Source: Candidatus Cloacimonadales bacterium (lineage in GTDB: Bacteria; Cloacimonadota; Cloacimonadia; Cloacimonadales; JAFGVF01). From it: a stretch of 64,000 nucleotides of DNA. Positions 43,021 through 52,885 of the stretch are shown in pieces; position 1 is the first letter of the stretch; every line of letters starts with the position of its first letter. Where the stretch lies: positions 1,120,001 through 1,184,000 of the forward strand of contig OY782781.1 of the NCBI GenBank assembly GCA_963678315.1. The letters are read 5' to 3'. The notes below the pieces were generated by a model, which saw nothing but the letters and a program-made list of their open reading frames with translations, searched no databases and had not been told where the DNA came from. The translations under genes and the position numbers were made by a program.

Positions 43021-43278
43021 TTTTACTCCTAATTAAATCTTTTATATATTAAGATAAAAAAACATGACAAAGATGTCAATATTAATCATAATTAGCCTAT
43101 AATATTTTGCTATGAAAGTAAAGAATAAATAAAATTAACTTGTCTATTAGTTTGTTTCTAATAAAATAAACACACAGACAAGGCACTGAAATTGCATATT
43201 TTAAATCTATATGTAAAAAAGAAGTATATTATTATACTAGGTTCACTTAGCTGTATTGTAGATAATAAGGGGAAATTA

Positions 43279-46200
43279 ATGAAGAAGTTATTCTTTTGTA
43301 TGTTTTGGATACTAATCTTAATAAGAGGGTTAAATTCAGAAATTGTTTCTATAGGATCTTTTGAGAATAGTGTTGATTTGTTGGAGGATACATCTGAATC
43401 AATCTCTTTAGAGATGAAGTTGGGTAGTTATAGCAGAGATAAGCTTTTAATTGCTGGTAAAGAATATTACAGTTTAGCATTGGAAGGTGAAGGACTTATC
43501 CTAGATAAGGGTGCTCCTCAGTTGCCAACATTAGCAAGAAGTTTAATTATAGATGATTATTCTTCATATACTTTAGATCTTGTAGCAAGTGAATTTATTG
43601 ATGTTAATCTTGCAATAGCTCCCTCAAAGGGTGTTTTAACAAGAGATATTGACCCAAATTCTATTCCTTTTGAATTTGGACAAGCTTACAAGAATGATAA
43701 GTTTTATCCTGACTCTATTACCAATCTATCTTCTCCATACATAATGAGGAATCTCAGAGGGCTTACAGTCAAATTTAATCCTATACAATATAATCCAGTT
43801 AGCGGAATAACAAGAATTTACACTTCTATCAAAGTAAAACTTATGAAGTCTAAATCGCAAGGAATTAATATTCTCACTAGAAAGGCTCAAAGAAATAGCT
43901 CATTTGACTTTATTCAAAGAAATCATTTCTTGAACTATAGTGAAGATAGATATGAATCTCTTAGTGAAGTCGGTTCTATGATGATAATTGCACCAGCTAA
44001 CTACTTCAATACTTTACAGCCTTTTGTTAATTGGAAAAGGGATAAAGGAATCAGGGTCAGTTTAATTGATGTTGCAACTATTGGGAATGACAGCAATCTA
44101 ATAAAGACTAGTATTCAAAATTACTACAACAACGATAACAACTTGACTTATGTCTTATTAGTTGGTGATGCAAACCAGCTAGCAAGTCCAAGTGTTAGCG
44201 GTGGGGGATCAGATCCTTCTTATTCATTAGTAGCAGGTGACGACTCTTATCCTGATATTTTGATTGGTAGGTTTTCAGCAGAGAATACTTCTCAATTAGC
44301 TACTCAAGTGGAAAGAACAATTGCCTATGAGAGAGATATAAATAGCACTGTTACTCATCTAAACAAAGCTATAGGTATTGCTTCTTCTCAAGGAGGTGTA
44401 ACTAATGGCGATATGGGCGAATCTGATATTGAACACATGAACTTAATTAGAGAAGATTTGTTAGCCTATAACTATACTAGTGTAGATCGAATTTATGACC
44501 CAAGTGCTAGTGCTTCTAATGTAGCTTCTGCCTTAGAAGAAGGTAGAGCTTTTGTTAATTATGTTGGTCATGGTTCAACTACATCATGGGGGACTACTGG
44601 CTTTTCTAACAGTCATATCAATAATCTCTCTAATGTTGAAAAGCTTCCTTTCATTGTTTCAGTAGCATGTGTAAACGGTAATTTTGTTTCTAACACTTGT
44701 TTTGCAGAAGCATGGCTTAGGGCAACTAACAATGGTGACCCAAGTGGAGCTATAGCTATTTATGCATCATCAATTAATCAAAGCTGGAATTCTCCTATGA
44801 GAGCTCAAGATGAAATAACTGATTTACTGGTTTCAGAACAGCTAACAACTATTGGAGGTCTCTTTTATAGTGGCTCTTGTCAAATGATTGATACTTATGG
44901 AACAGATGGAATTGAGATGTTTAAAACATGGAATATTTTTGGTGACCCTTCATTGCAGGTAAGGACTAATACTCCACAAGAAATTATAGTAGAACATTCA
45001 GGATCAATTAACTCAAATTCTTTAGAATATACTGTAAATACAAATACGGAAAATGCTCTTGTTAGTTTGACTTATGACCATGAAATACTTGGAACAGGCT
45101 ATACAAGTAGCACAGGGTCAATTACTTTGCAGTTAGAAGAACTACCTGTAAACATAGTTGACTTGACACTTACAGTGACTGCTTTTAACAAAAGTTCTTA
45201 TCAAGCACCAGTGACTATGCTTGCATCTGATGGGGCATTTGTTACTATAGAGTCTACTCCTTCAAGTATTCTTTTCAACCATAATGGCGATTTCTCCTTA
45301 TCAATACAAAATTCAGGTAGTCAATCGGCATCAGAACTTACCCTTTCATTAACTTCTTCTAGTCCTTATGTTATCATCAATGATGCTGTTGAAAGAGTAA
45401 TGTCATTGGAAGTTGGAGAAATTATCTCACTTTCACAAGATGCTTTTGATATAAGGATAATCAATAATCCTCCAAATGATGAGATAATAAATTTTAATTT
45501 ATATATTGCGAATAATAATAATAGTTGGGATGATTCATTTAATCTACAAACAATTGCCCCAGACTTTGAAATTGGGACAGTTGATTATTCTGAACTAGTT
45601 GGTAATAGTGATAATATGATACAATCGGGGGAATCTATTAAGTTAGAAGTTCCAGTGCTAAATCATTCAAATTTAACTTTATCTAATATCCCTGTAACAA
45701 TAAATATTAACAGTCTCAATGCTCAAGTATCAGAGAGAACTTTTATTATTGAATCATTGCCCGCTAACAGTAGCCAACAATGTGAGTATTTTCTTTCTAT
45801 AGCAGATTATGTAACAAATAATGCAGAACTAAATGTATCAATCAATGTTGATTATCGTGATTATAGTGAAAGTGATTATTGGACTGCTTATATTAACCTT
45901 AATGCTGAAGATTTCGAGAGTCTAGATTTAGCCTTCTTTAATTGGCAAACAACAGGTGGGGATTATATATTTACTTCTGATGCTTATGATGGTTCTTATT
46001 CTCTGCAATCTCCTGATATTAATAACGATGATGTAACATCAATCAGCACAGAGTATGCATCTACACAAGATGGAAATATTAGTTTCTTTTTAAAAACATC
46101 AACTGAAAGCAATTATGATTTTGTTAGATTTTACATAGATAATGTAGAATATTTAGAAACAAGTGGAAATAGTAACTGGCAAGAATACTCATACCCTGTT

Positions 46201-46533
46201 AGTGAAGGTAATCATGTTTATAAATGGGAGTATGTAAAAGATTATATAGTTAGTAGTTATAATGATTGCTTTTACTTGGATAATATTTCTTTTCCTGGAA
46301 ATAATCTTGATTCGCATATTACTCCAACAACACCAAATAATATAAGTATACAAGTTTCTGAGAATACTACAAGATTAACTTGGGAAGCTTCTGAATATGC
46401 TACATATTATCGCATTCTTGCTAGTGATAATATCAATGGTGATTATGTTATTTTACAGGAAGTGAGCGAAACAAGCTGCACTTTTTCTAATGATAGTAGA
46501 TATAAATTCTTTAAGATTATTGCATCAAATTAA
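43279..46533 (+). CDS. C25 gingipain-like cysteine peptidase with Fn3-like C-terminal tail
   Basis: Start MKKLFFC at 43279 after AAGGGG; propeptide GAPQLP, EDR/YES maturation-like site, YVLLVGD, YVGHGS, VACVNG, IFGDPS; ends RYKFFKIIASN. Confidence 0.9.
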   Translation: MKKLFFCMFWILILIRGLNSEIVSIGSFENSVDLLEDTSESISLEMKLGSYSRDKLLIAGKEYYSLALEGEGLILDKGAPQLPTLARSLIIDDYSSYTLDLVASEFIDVNLAIAPSKGVLTRDIDPNSIPFEFGQAYKNDKFYPDSITNLSSPYIMRNLRGLTVKFNPIQYNPVSGITRIYTSIKVKLMKSKSQGINILTRKAQRNSSFDFIQRNHFLNYSEDRYESLSEVGSMMIIAPANYFNTLQPFVNWKRDKGIRVSLIDVATIGNDSNLIKTSIQNYYNNDNNLTYVLLVGDANQLASPSVSGGGSDPSYSLVAGDDSYPDILIGRFSAENTSQLATQVERTIAYERDINSTVTHLNKAIGIASSQGGVTNGDMGESDIEHMNLIREDLLAYNYTSVDRIYDPSASASNVASALEEGRAFVNYVGHGSTTSWGTTGFSNSHINNLSNVEKLPFIVSVACVNGNFVSNTCFAEAWLRATNNGDPSGAIAIYASSINQSWNSPMRAQDEITDLLVSEQLTTIGGLFYSGSCQMIDTYGTDGIEMFKTWNIFGDPSLQVRTNTPQEIIVEHSGSINSNSLEYTVNTNTENALVSLTYDHEILGTGYTSSTGSITLQLEELPVNIVDLTLTVTAFNKSSYQAPVTMLASDGAFVTIESTPSSILFNHNGDFSLSIQNSGSQSASELTLSLTSSSPYVIINDAVERVMSLEVGEIISLSQDAFDIRIINNPPNDEIINFNLYIANNNNSWDDSFNLQTIAPDFEIGTVDYSELVGNSDNMIQSGESIKLEVPVLNHSNLTLSNIPVTININSLNAQVSERTFIIESLPANSSQQCEYFLSIADYVTNNAELNVSINVDYRDYSESDYWTAYINLNAEDFESLDLAFFNWQTTGGDYIFTSDAYDGSYSLQSPDINNDDVTSISTEYASTQDGNISFFLKTSTESNYDFVRFYIDNVEYLETSGNSNWQEYSYPVSEGNHVYKWEYVKDYIVSSYNDCFYLDNISFPGNNLDSHITPTTPNNISIQVSENTTRLTWEASEYATYYRILASDNINGDYVILQEVSETSCTFSNDSRYKFFKIIASN

Positions 46534-46584
46534 CTAATGATTTAATATATATTTTTTATCGTTTATCAATTGACTTTAAGGTCG

Positions 46585-47270
46585 TCCTTACTTGCCACCT
46601 TGAAAAAAAGCCGATTTTTCAAGGAGACCAGTAAGGATGGAGTTAGAAGTGGGGAGTGAGGAGTTGGGACAGGACAAACTGGGAACGCTTTGCCTTTAGT
46701 CCGGCTACTGCCGGATAGCCGGCTAAACACTGGGAACGCCAGCCTCGGTGCTGGCAAAAAGGAATTAGGAGTGTAAGCATCCACCGATAGGTTGAACAGA
46801 GTTCATGCTTACGCAAAGTAAAGTGTTTTTTCGTAGCCAAGGATGGCTACAATCCCAGAGTAGAGGCGTTTAGCATAACGTCTCAAACACTTCTATTATC
46901 ACCCAGGGTTGAAACCCAGGGCTCTTTGTTGATTAACCCTTACAGGGTATCAAAGGATTTGAGATTTAAGCCATCAATCTAGCCTGTCACCGTCGTTGCT
47001 TACGAAGTGGTTTTTTGGGTTGCAAACAACAGTCTTCGCCTGTCACGGTCCCTGCTTGCGAAACATCATTCAAAATGAATGATGTAAGGTATTTCTCTTT
47101 AAACATGCAAGCATGTTTAAAGATGCGCATTCAGGGATGAATGCACCCCAGAAGATAAAGATGCGCATTCAGAAGTGACCGTAATCGGCGAAGACGATTG
47201 AATGCACCCCATAAGAAAGGGAGTGTTAGCATCCAAAAATCCTATGGCAAGCAAGATGCTTGCGCACCAG
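46585..47270. repeat. Composite intergenic cluster of many REP-like families
   Basis: Family D (46585), ACTGGGAACGC family (46678-46755), family A (46768-46855), GTAG-type GTAGAGGCGTT...AACGTCTC (46860), family C (46902), insert-bearing REPs (47017, 47161), GATGCGCATTCA..TGAATGCACCCC doublet. Confidence 0.85.
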
Positions 47271-47489
47271 ATAATGATGACGTTCTGACTAACTTAAAGG
47301 TTGAGCAGGATATTAATTGAATATTGAATTGTAATTAAATATATATAATAAATAATTTTAGCTCTTGAATATTGCATTTCAGTGGTTATTTAGTTTGACA
47401 TAAAATTACTAAATCAATATTGGTATCTATCTTGCATATATAAATGTAATAGAAATTAAATAAAATAATATAAACTTAGGAGGAAGCTG

Positions 47490-50400
47490 ATGAAAAGAAG
47501 CTTAGTGATGATCTTAGTACTCATGGTTGCTTTAGTATCTTTGAATTCTGAAGTAGTAAGAGTTGGTACTACAGACAATGACGTGAAATTGATTGAATCT
47601 AATAGTAACCAAACTATTTTGGAGATGGAGCTTGGTTATTTTAACAAGAACCATGTAATTATTAACGGACAAGAATTTAACACATTAGACCTTGCTAAAG
47701 AAGGTAAAACTTATGAAACTGGAGCTCCTGAAGTTCCAACAATGACAAGATCTATTATAATTGATAATTCTTCTAAACCAGAAATGAGAATTATTGAATC
47801 TGAATACACAGAAATCGAATTAGCTGTTGCACCATCAAAAGGTGTGATTACTAGAGATATCGATCCTGCAACAGTTCCTTATACTTTTGGAACAGAATAT
47901 AATAATGATGAATTTTATCCATCAAATATAGCTACTTTGGGCGATGCTTATATTATGAGATCTGTTCGTGGTGTAGCTGTAAGATTCAACCCAATTCAAT
48001 ACAATCCAGCTAGTGGCGTGTTAAGAGTTTACACTTCAATCAAAGTTGCGGTTGCAAATTCTAATGTTACTGGTGAAAATGTTTTAACCAGAGCAGCAAA
48101 GAATGTTGAATCATTCGATTTTATTTATAAAAATCATTTCTTAAACTATGATGAAAACAGATATGCTCCACTTAATGAAATTGGTTCTATCTTAGTTATT
48201 GCTCCTGCTAACTACCATGCAACAATGCAAGATTATGTAGATTGGAAAATCCAAAAAGGTATTCCAACTGAAATGGTTGATGTTGCTACAATAGGTAATA
48301 ACACAACTAATATCAAAAACTATATCCAAGACTACTATGATAATCATGATGATTTTGCTTTTGTACAAATCGCTGGTGATGCTAGCCAAGTTGCTACTTT
48401 AAGTGTTTCTGGTGGTGGTTCTGACCCTTCATACTCATTAGTTGCTGGTAATGACTCTTACCCTGATATCTTCATCGGAAGATTCTCAGCTGAAACAACA
48501 GCTCAATTAGCTACTCAAGTTGAAAGAACAATCGCTTATGAAAGAGATATTAATACAACAGCTACTTATTTGAATAAAGCTACTGGTATTGCTTCATCTC
48601 AAGGTGGTGGTTCACAAGGTGATATGGGCGAATCTGATATTACTCACATGAACTTAATCAGAGATGACTTATTAGGCTATAACTATGTATCAGTTGACCA
48701 AATATATGATCCTTCTGCTTCAGCATCTCAAGTTGCTACTGTTGTTAATCAAGGTAGAGGTTTCATGAATTATGTTGGTCATGGTTCTGATGACTCATGG
48801 GTTACTTCAGGTTTCTCATCTAGTCATGTTAATAACTTAACTAATGTAGATATGCTTCCATTTATCGTTTCTGTTGCTTGTGTGAATGGTAACTTTGTAT
48901 CACAAACTTGTTTTGGTGAAGCTTGGTTAAGAGCTACTCATAATGGCGATCCTACTGGTGCTATGGCTATTTATGCTTCTACTATCAACCAATCATGGGA
49001 TTCTCCTATGAGAGGTGAAGATGAAATCACTGACCTATTGGTATCAGAAGAATTATCTTCTATCGGTGGTTTATATTATAGTGGTTCATGTGAAATGATT
49101 GATGCTTATAATGCAGATGGTATTGAAATGTTTAAAACATGGCATATCTTTGGTGATGCATCTCTTCAAGTAAGAACTGATGTACCTACTGAAATGACTG
49201 TTTCCCATACTGGTATCTTATTTGTTGGTATGAATGAATATTCAATCAATGCTGGTGTAGCTAATGCTTTAGTTTCTGTTACATATAACAATGAAATTTT
49301 AGGTTCAGGATACACAGATGCTTCTGGTAACATTGATCTTTTACTTGAAAACCTTCCTGCAAATGTAGTAGACTTAAATCTTACAATTACAGCTTTAAAT
49401 AAAGTTACATACAATGGTATCATATCTATCACAGCAGCAGAAGGTGCTTATGTAGTTGTTGATGAATATAATCCAGAAATTATGTATAATCATGATGGTA
49501 GCTATACACTTAACATAAAGAATGTTGGTGTTGAAACATCTTCAAACTTAACTGCAACTTTAACTACAGATGATGCTAATGTAACTATCATTGACGGTTC
49601 TGAAGATATCGCTTCTGTTAATGCTGATGAAATAGTGTCTTTACCTGCTGATGCATTTAACTTTACTTTAGCTAATTATCCAGAAAATGGACAAACAATA
49701 GAATTTAATGTGAACATTTCTAATGCAAGCGATGAATGGAACTATCCTGTAAACTTAACAGTTCAAGCTCCTCAATTATCAATTGAAGAAATTACTGCTG
49801 AAGAAGTAGACGGTAATGGTAATGGTAGAATGGATGCTGGTGAAACTTTCGAAATCACTGTTCCTGTACAAAACTATGCTAATGTTCCTGCTGGTGAAAC
49901 TCAAGTTGAATTAACATTCCCACTTGGTTCTGTTGCTGTTGCTGAAAACATTATTACTGAAACTGAAATTCTTCAAAATAACTATAACTTAGTTACTTTC
50001 ACTGCTGTTCTTAGCTCACAAATTCCTGCTGGTACTCAAGTAGACTTCTCTGCTCAAGCTACATTTGAAGGCTATACAGCTACTGGTGAATATACAGACT
50101 TTGTTGGTCTATCTGTTGAAGGCTTCGAAACACAATCTCTTGATGGTTTTGGTTGGGAAACTACAGGTGGAACTTATTCATTCTCAACAGACGCTTATGA
50201 AGGAACATATTCTTTACAGTCTGCTGAAATAGCTAATTCTGCTACAACAACTCTTAGTGTTGATTACGAATCATCTATTGATGGTGAAATTTCCTTCTTT
50301 ATGAAAGTTTCTACAGAAGCAAATTATGATTATGTGAAGTTCTATATTGATAATGTACAAAAAGTTGAACTTTCTGGCGCTGTAAATTGGGCTGAATACA

Positions 50401-51179
50401 GCTACAATGTAGCTGCTGGTGAACATACTTATAAATGGGAATATAGTAAAGACTACATGGTTGCTTCAAACGATGATTGCTTCTATCTAGACCTTGTTAC
50501 TTTCCCTGCTTCAGGTGGTGGTGCGACAGGTAATCCAGAAATTGCTATTGATGTTACTGATTACGATTTCGGAATGATTCAAGTTATTCCTGAAGAAGAC
50601 ACTTCAGTTTCTTTAGATTTAGTAATTGAAAATACTGGTGATGGAATGTCTTTGGGTACTATTGAAATTCCAGCTCCTTTCTATGCAAGAAATGACAATG
50701 AAGAATTAGTTAACTCTAAATCATTTACAGTTGATGCTGGCTCAACTACAACTATCGAGCTTGTATTTGCTCCAACTACAGCTGATGTATTTAATGAAGT
50801 TGCTACAGTTACAACTGATGATGTTGATAACCCTACATTCGAACTAGCTCTTGCTGGTGAATCTATTGGAACTCCTAATGCTGGTAATGATTTAGTTCCT
50901 GCTGTTACTTCTTTAGAAGGTAACTATCCTAACCCATTCAACCCTGAAACTACTATTAAATATGGTTTAAATAAGGGTGGAAAAGTTAGAATCGATATCT
51001 ATAACCTTCTTGGTCAAAAAGTGAAAACTCTTGTTAATGAAGACCAGTCTGCTGGTTATCATTCTGTTGTATGGAACGGTAAAGATAACAACAATAGAAA
51101 TGTTGCTTCAGGCGTATATTTCTACAAAATGAAATCTGTTGGCTATAATAAAACAGCTAAAATGATTCTTATGAAATAG
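47490..51179 (+). CDS. C25 gingipain-like cysteine peptidase with T9SS-type/FlgD-Ig C-terminal domain
   Basis: SD AGGAGG; signal peptide; ENR/YAP site, YVGHGS, VACVNG; C-terminal NYPNPFNPETTI...ASGVYFYKM...KMILMK; close paralog of 43279-46533. Confidence 0.92.
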   Translation: MKRSLVMILVLMVALVSLNSEVVRVGTTDNDVKLIESNSNQTILEMELGYFNKNHVIINGQEFNTLDLAKEGKTYETGAPEVPTMTRSIIIDNSSKPEMRIIESEYTEIELAVAPSKGVITRDIDPATVPYTFGTEYNNDEFYPSNIATLGDAYIMRSVRGVAVRFNPIQYNPASGVLRVYTSIKVAVANSNVTGENVLTRAAKNVESFDFIYKNHFLNYDENRYAPLNEIGSILVIAPANYHATMQDYVDWKIQKGIPTEMVDVATIGNNTTNIKNYIQDYYDNHDDFAFVQIAGDASQVATLSVSGGGSDPSYSLVAGNDSYPDIFIGRFSAETTAQLATQVERTIAYERDINTTATYLNKATGIASSQGGGSQGDMGESDITHMNLIRDDLLGYNYVSVDQIYDPSASASQVATVVNQGRGFMNYVGHGSDDSWVTSGFSSSHVNNLTNVDMLPFIVSVACVNGNFVSQTCFGEAWLRATHNGDPTGAMAIYASTINQSWDSPMRGEDEITDLLVSEELSSIGGLYYSGSCEMIDAYNADGIEMFKTWHIFGDASLQVRTDVPTEMTVSHTGILFVGMNEYSINAGVANALVSVTYNNEILGSGYTDASGNIDLLLENLPANVVDLNLTITALNKVTYNGIISITAAEGAYVVVDEYNPEIMYNHDGSYTLNIKNVGVETSSNLTATLTTDDANVTIIDGSEDIASVNADEIVSLPADAFNFTLANYPENGQTIEFNVNISNASDEWNYPVNLTVQAPQLSIEEITAEEVDGNGNGRMDAGETFEITVPVQNYANVPAGETQVELTFPLGSVAVAENIITETEILQNNYNLVTFTAVLSSQIPAGTQVDFSAQATFEGYTATGEYTDFVGLSVEGFETQSLDGFGWETTGGTYSFSTDAYEGTYSLQSAEIANSATTTLSVDYESSIDGEISFFMKVSTEANYDYVKFYIDNVQKVELSGAVNWAEYSYNVAAGEHTYKWEYSKDYMVASNDDCFYLDLVTFPASGGGATGNPEIAIDVTDYDFGMIQVIPEEDTSVSLDLVIENTGDGMSLGTIEIPAPFYARNDNEELVNSKSFTVDAGSTTTIELVFAPTTADVFNEVATVTTDDVDNPTFELALAGESIGTPNAGNDLVPAVTSLEGNYPNPFNPETTIKYGLNKGGKVRIDIYNLLGQKVKTLVNEDQSAGYHSVVWNGKDNNNRNVASGVYFYKMKSVGYNKTAKMILMK

Positions 51180-51204
51180 TATCATTTGAACTATAGATAA
51201 ATTA

Positions 51205-51240
51205 AAGCCTACAACTCTCGAGTTGTAGGCTTTTCCTTTT
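51205..51240 (+). terminator. Intrinsic terminator
   Basis: AAGCCTACAACT/AGTTGTAGGCTT stem plus T run. Confidence 0.85.
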
Positions 51241-51255
51241 GGTAAAAGCAAACTG

Positions 51256-51403
51256 GGATTGTAAGCTTCCCAGCTTACGAAAGTGTTTAGGATTGTAAGC
51301 TACAGTCTTCGCCTGTCACAGTCCCAGCTTACGAATCTATATAGCGTAAGCATGAACTTTGTTCAGCCTATCGGCGGATGCTTACACTCCATCTCTGGCA
51401 ACG
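51256..51403. repeat. Family A REP cluster far from RAYT-1
   Basis: Empty REP at 51256-51279, insert-bearing REP at 51290-51333, 47-nt branched REP at 51344-51390. Confidence 0.9.
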
Positions 51404-51479
51404 AAAAGGGTTTGAATTAATTAATTTGACATATATTGGGAGATAATTATAATATGATAAACTTCTAAATGGAGGAAAT

Positions 51480-52877
51480 ATGGCAACTAAAAAAGTAATT
51501 AAAGAAACAAAAACCAGAAACTTCATAGGTTATAAAAGAGAACACGCAGAGTTCCACAATGCTTATACTATATCTTCAGTTGAGAAAGATATCAAATTCT
51601 TAAAAGTTGTTTATGGAGATGATTTCCCATTATCAGAAGAAAATGTAGATGCTATCTTGATTGAGAAATTAAGGAAATTAGGTAAAGAAATTTATTTCTT
51701 TATTTCATCATTAACATTCGGGACTACTCCCCAGATTTATATAAAACGTAAATATGAATTTATCAAAAATACAATTCCTGTGAATGAAAGATACCTTTTC
51801 TTTTTAGCATGGAATGGCTTAACTAATAATGATTCCTTCAAAAAGCTATTAAGACAAAAGTTTGGTTTAGAACAGTTCTATTCTGATGTATGTCCGCAAA
51901 ATATACCAAGTATAGGATCAGTCCTCACTCGCTATAGATCTAAGTTTGTTTTGGCTATGGATATGGCTCAAAACCCAGATGGGACTAAGAGAACTCAAGG
52001 ACGCCAACTTGACGATGGTTCAGGATTGACCATGAGAGAGAAGATAGTCTGGTTACCGAATGGTAAATCAATTCCTCTTTATCCAAATGCCTATGTACCA
52101 CTTAATCAAACTCAGGTTATATTGGTTAGGCATGGCAAGTCTATTCATGAATCTGGTGGTGATAACCCTGAATTTGTTGGTTCTGGCTATTGGGATTCTT
52201 GGAAAGAGAATCGAAGAGTATCTAAGTCTATTGGGAATTCATTGAAAGAAGATGGAATTCAAACAGCAAAGAATTTAGGTCAAGATTTCAAGGTTGCAGT
52301 AGACACACTTCAAAAAGAAGGATATTTATTCTGGCCTTACGCTAAAGAAAACCCTATAACTGTCTATGGAAGTGAATCAGAGAATACAGAGCAAACTTCT
52401 CGTTACTTTTTGGCAGGAGCAAACTATACAAATATAAATTTCCAAGCAATATATGGATTAAACTCACAGAAATACGGAGCTCTTACTCATAAATACAAAA
52501 ATGAAGTATTTGAGAAAGTTGTAGAAATCTATGGTGAAACATGGGCAGGTACAAAAGAAAGTAAGTTAGCAAAAGCAAAGAAGATGTTCAAAAATAGATT
52601 TTATCATTTCCCAGAAGGGGAGACCTTGATAGAAGCTGATTGGCGCATTGCTCATAGCTTCGTTCAATTGCTCAAAGAAAACCAAGGTAAAAGAGTGCTT
52701 TTATGCGACCATTCTGGTGCTATAAGAGTGTTCGAAGCTATCATAAGGACATTAGATTTTGCTGATTATAGTTCATTGAAGGAAGGACAAGATTCTATCA
52801 TTGCTCTTATCTATCAACCAGGACTGAATGTTCGTTACGATTACTTACAACGTAAAGATTTTAAACTTAGAAAATAA
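51480..52877 (+). CDS. Histidine phosphatase superfamily protein with a long unknown N-terminal region
   Basis: ILVRHGKS, FPEGETL, VLLCDHSGAIR; SD GGAGG. Confidence 0.75.
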   Translation: MATKKVIKETKTRNFIGYKREHAEFHNAYTISSVEKDIKFLKVVYGDDFPLSEENVDAILIEKLRKLGKEIYFFISSLTFGTTPQIYIKRKYEFIKNTIPVNERYLFFLAWNGLTNNDSFKKLLRQKFGLEQFYSDVCPQNIPSIGSVLTRYRSKFVLAMDMAQNPDGTKRTQGRQLDDGSGLTMREKIVWLPNGKSIPLYPNAYVPLNQTQVILVRHGKSIHESGGDNPEFVGSGYWDSWKENRRVSKSIGNSLKEDGIQTAKNLGQDFKVAVDTLQKEGYLFWPYAKENPITVYGSESENTEQTSRYFLAGANYTNINFQAIYGLNSQKYGALTHKYKNEVFEKVVEIYGETWAGTKESKLAKAKKMFKNRFYHFPEGETLIEADWRIAHSFVQLLKENQGKRVLLCDHSGAIRVFEAIIRTLDFADYSSLKEGQDSIIALIYQPGLNVRYDYLQRKDFKLRK

Positions 52878-52885
52878 GGATATAA

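Noticed and set aside
43192..43278. TTG start extending the C25 peptidase by 29 aa
   Set aside because: ATG 43279 has an SD and begins a signal peptide matching the paralog
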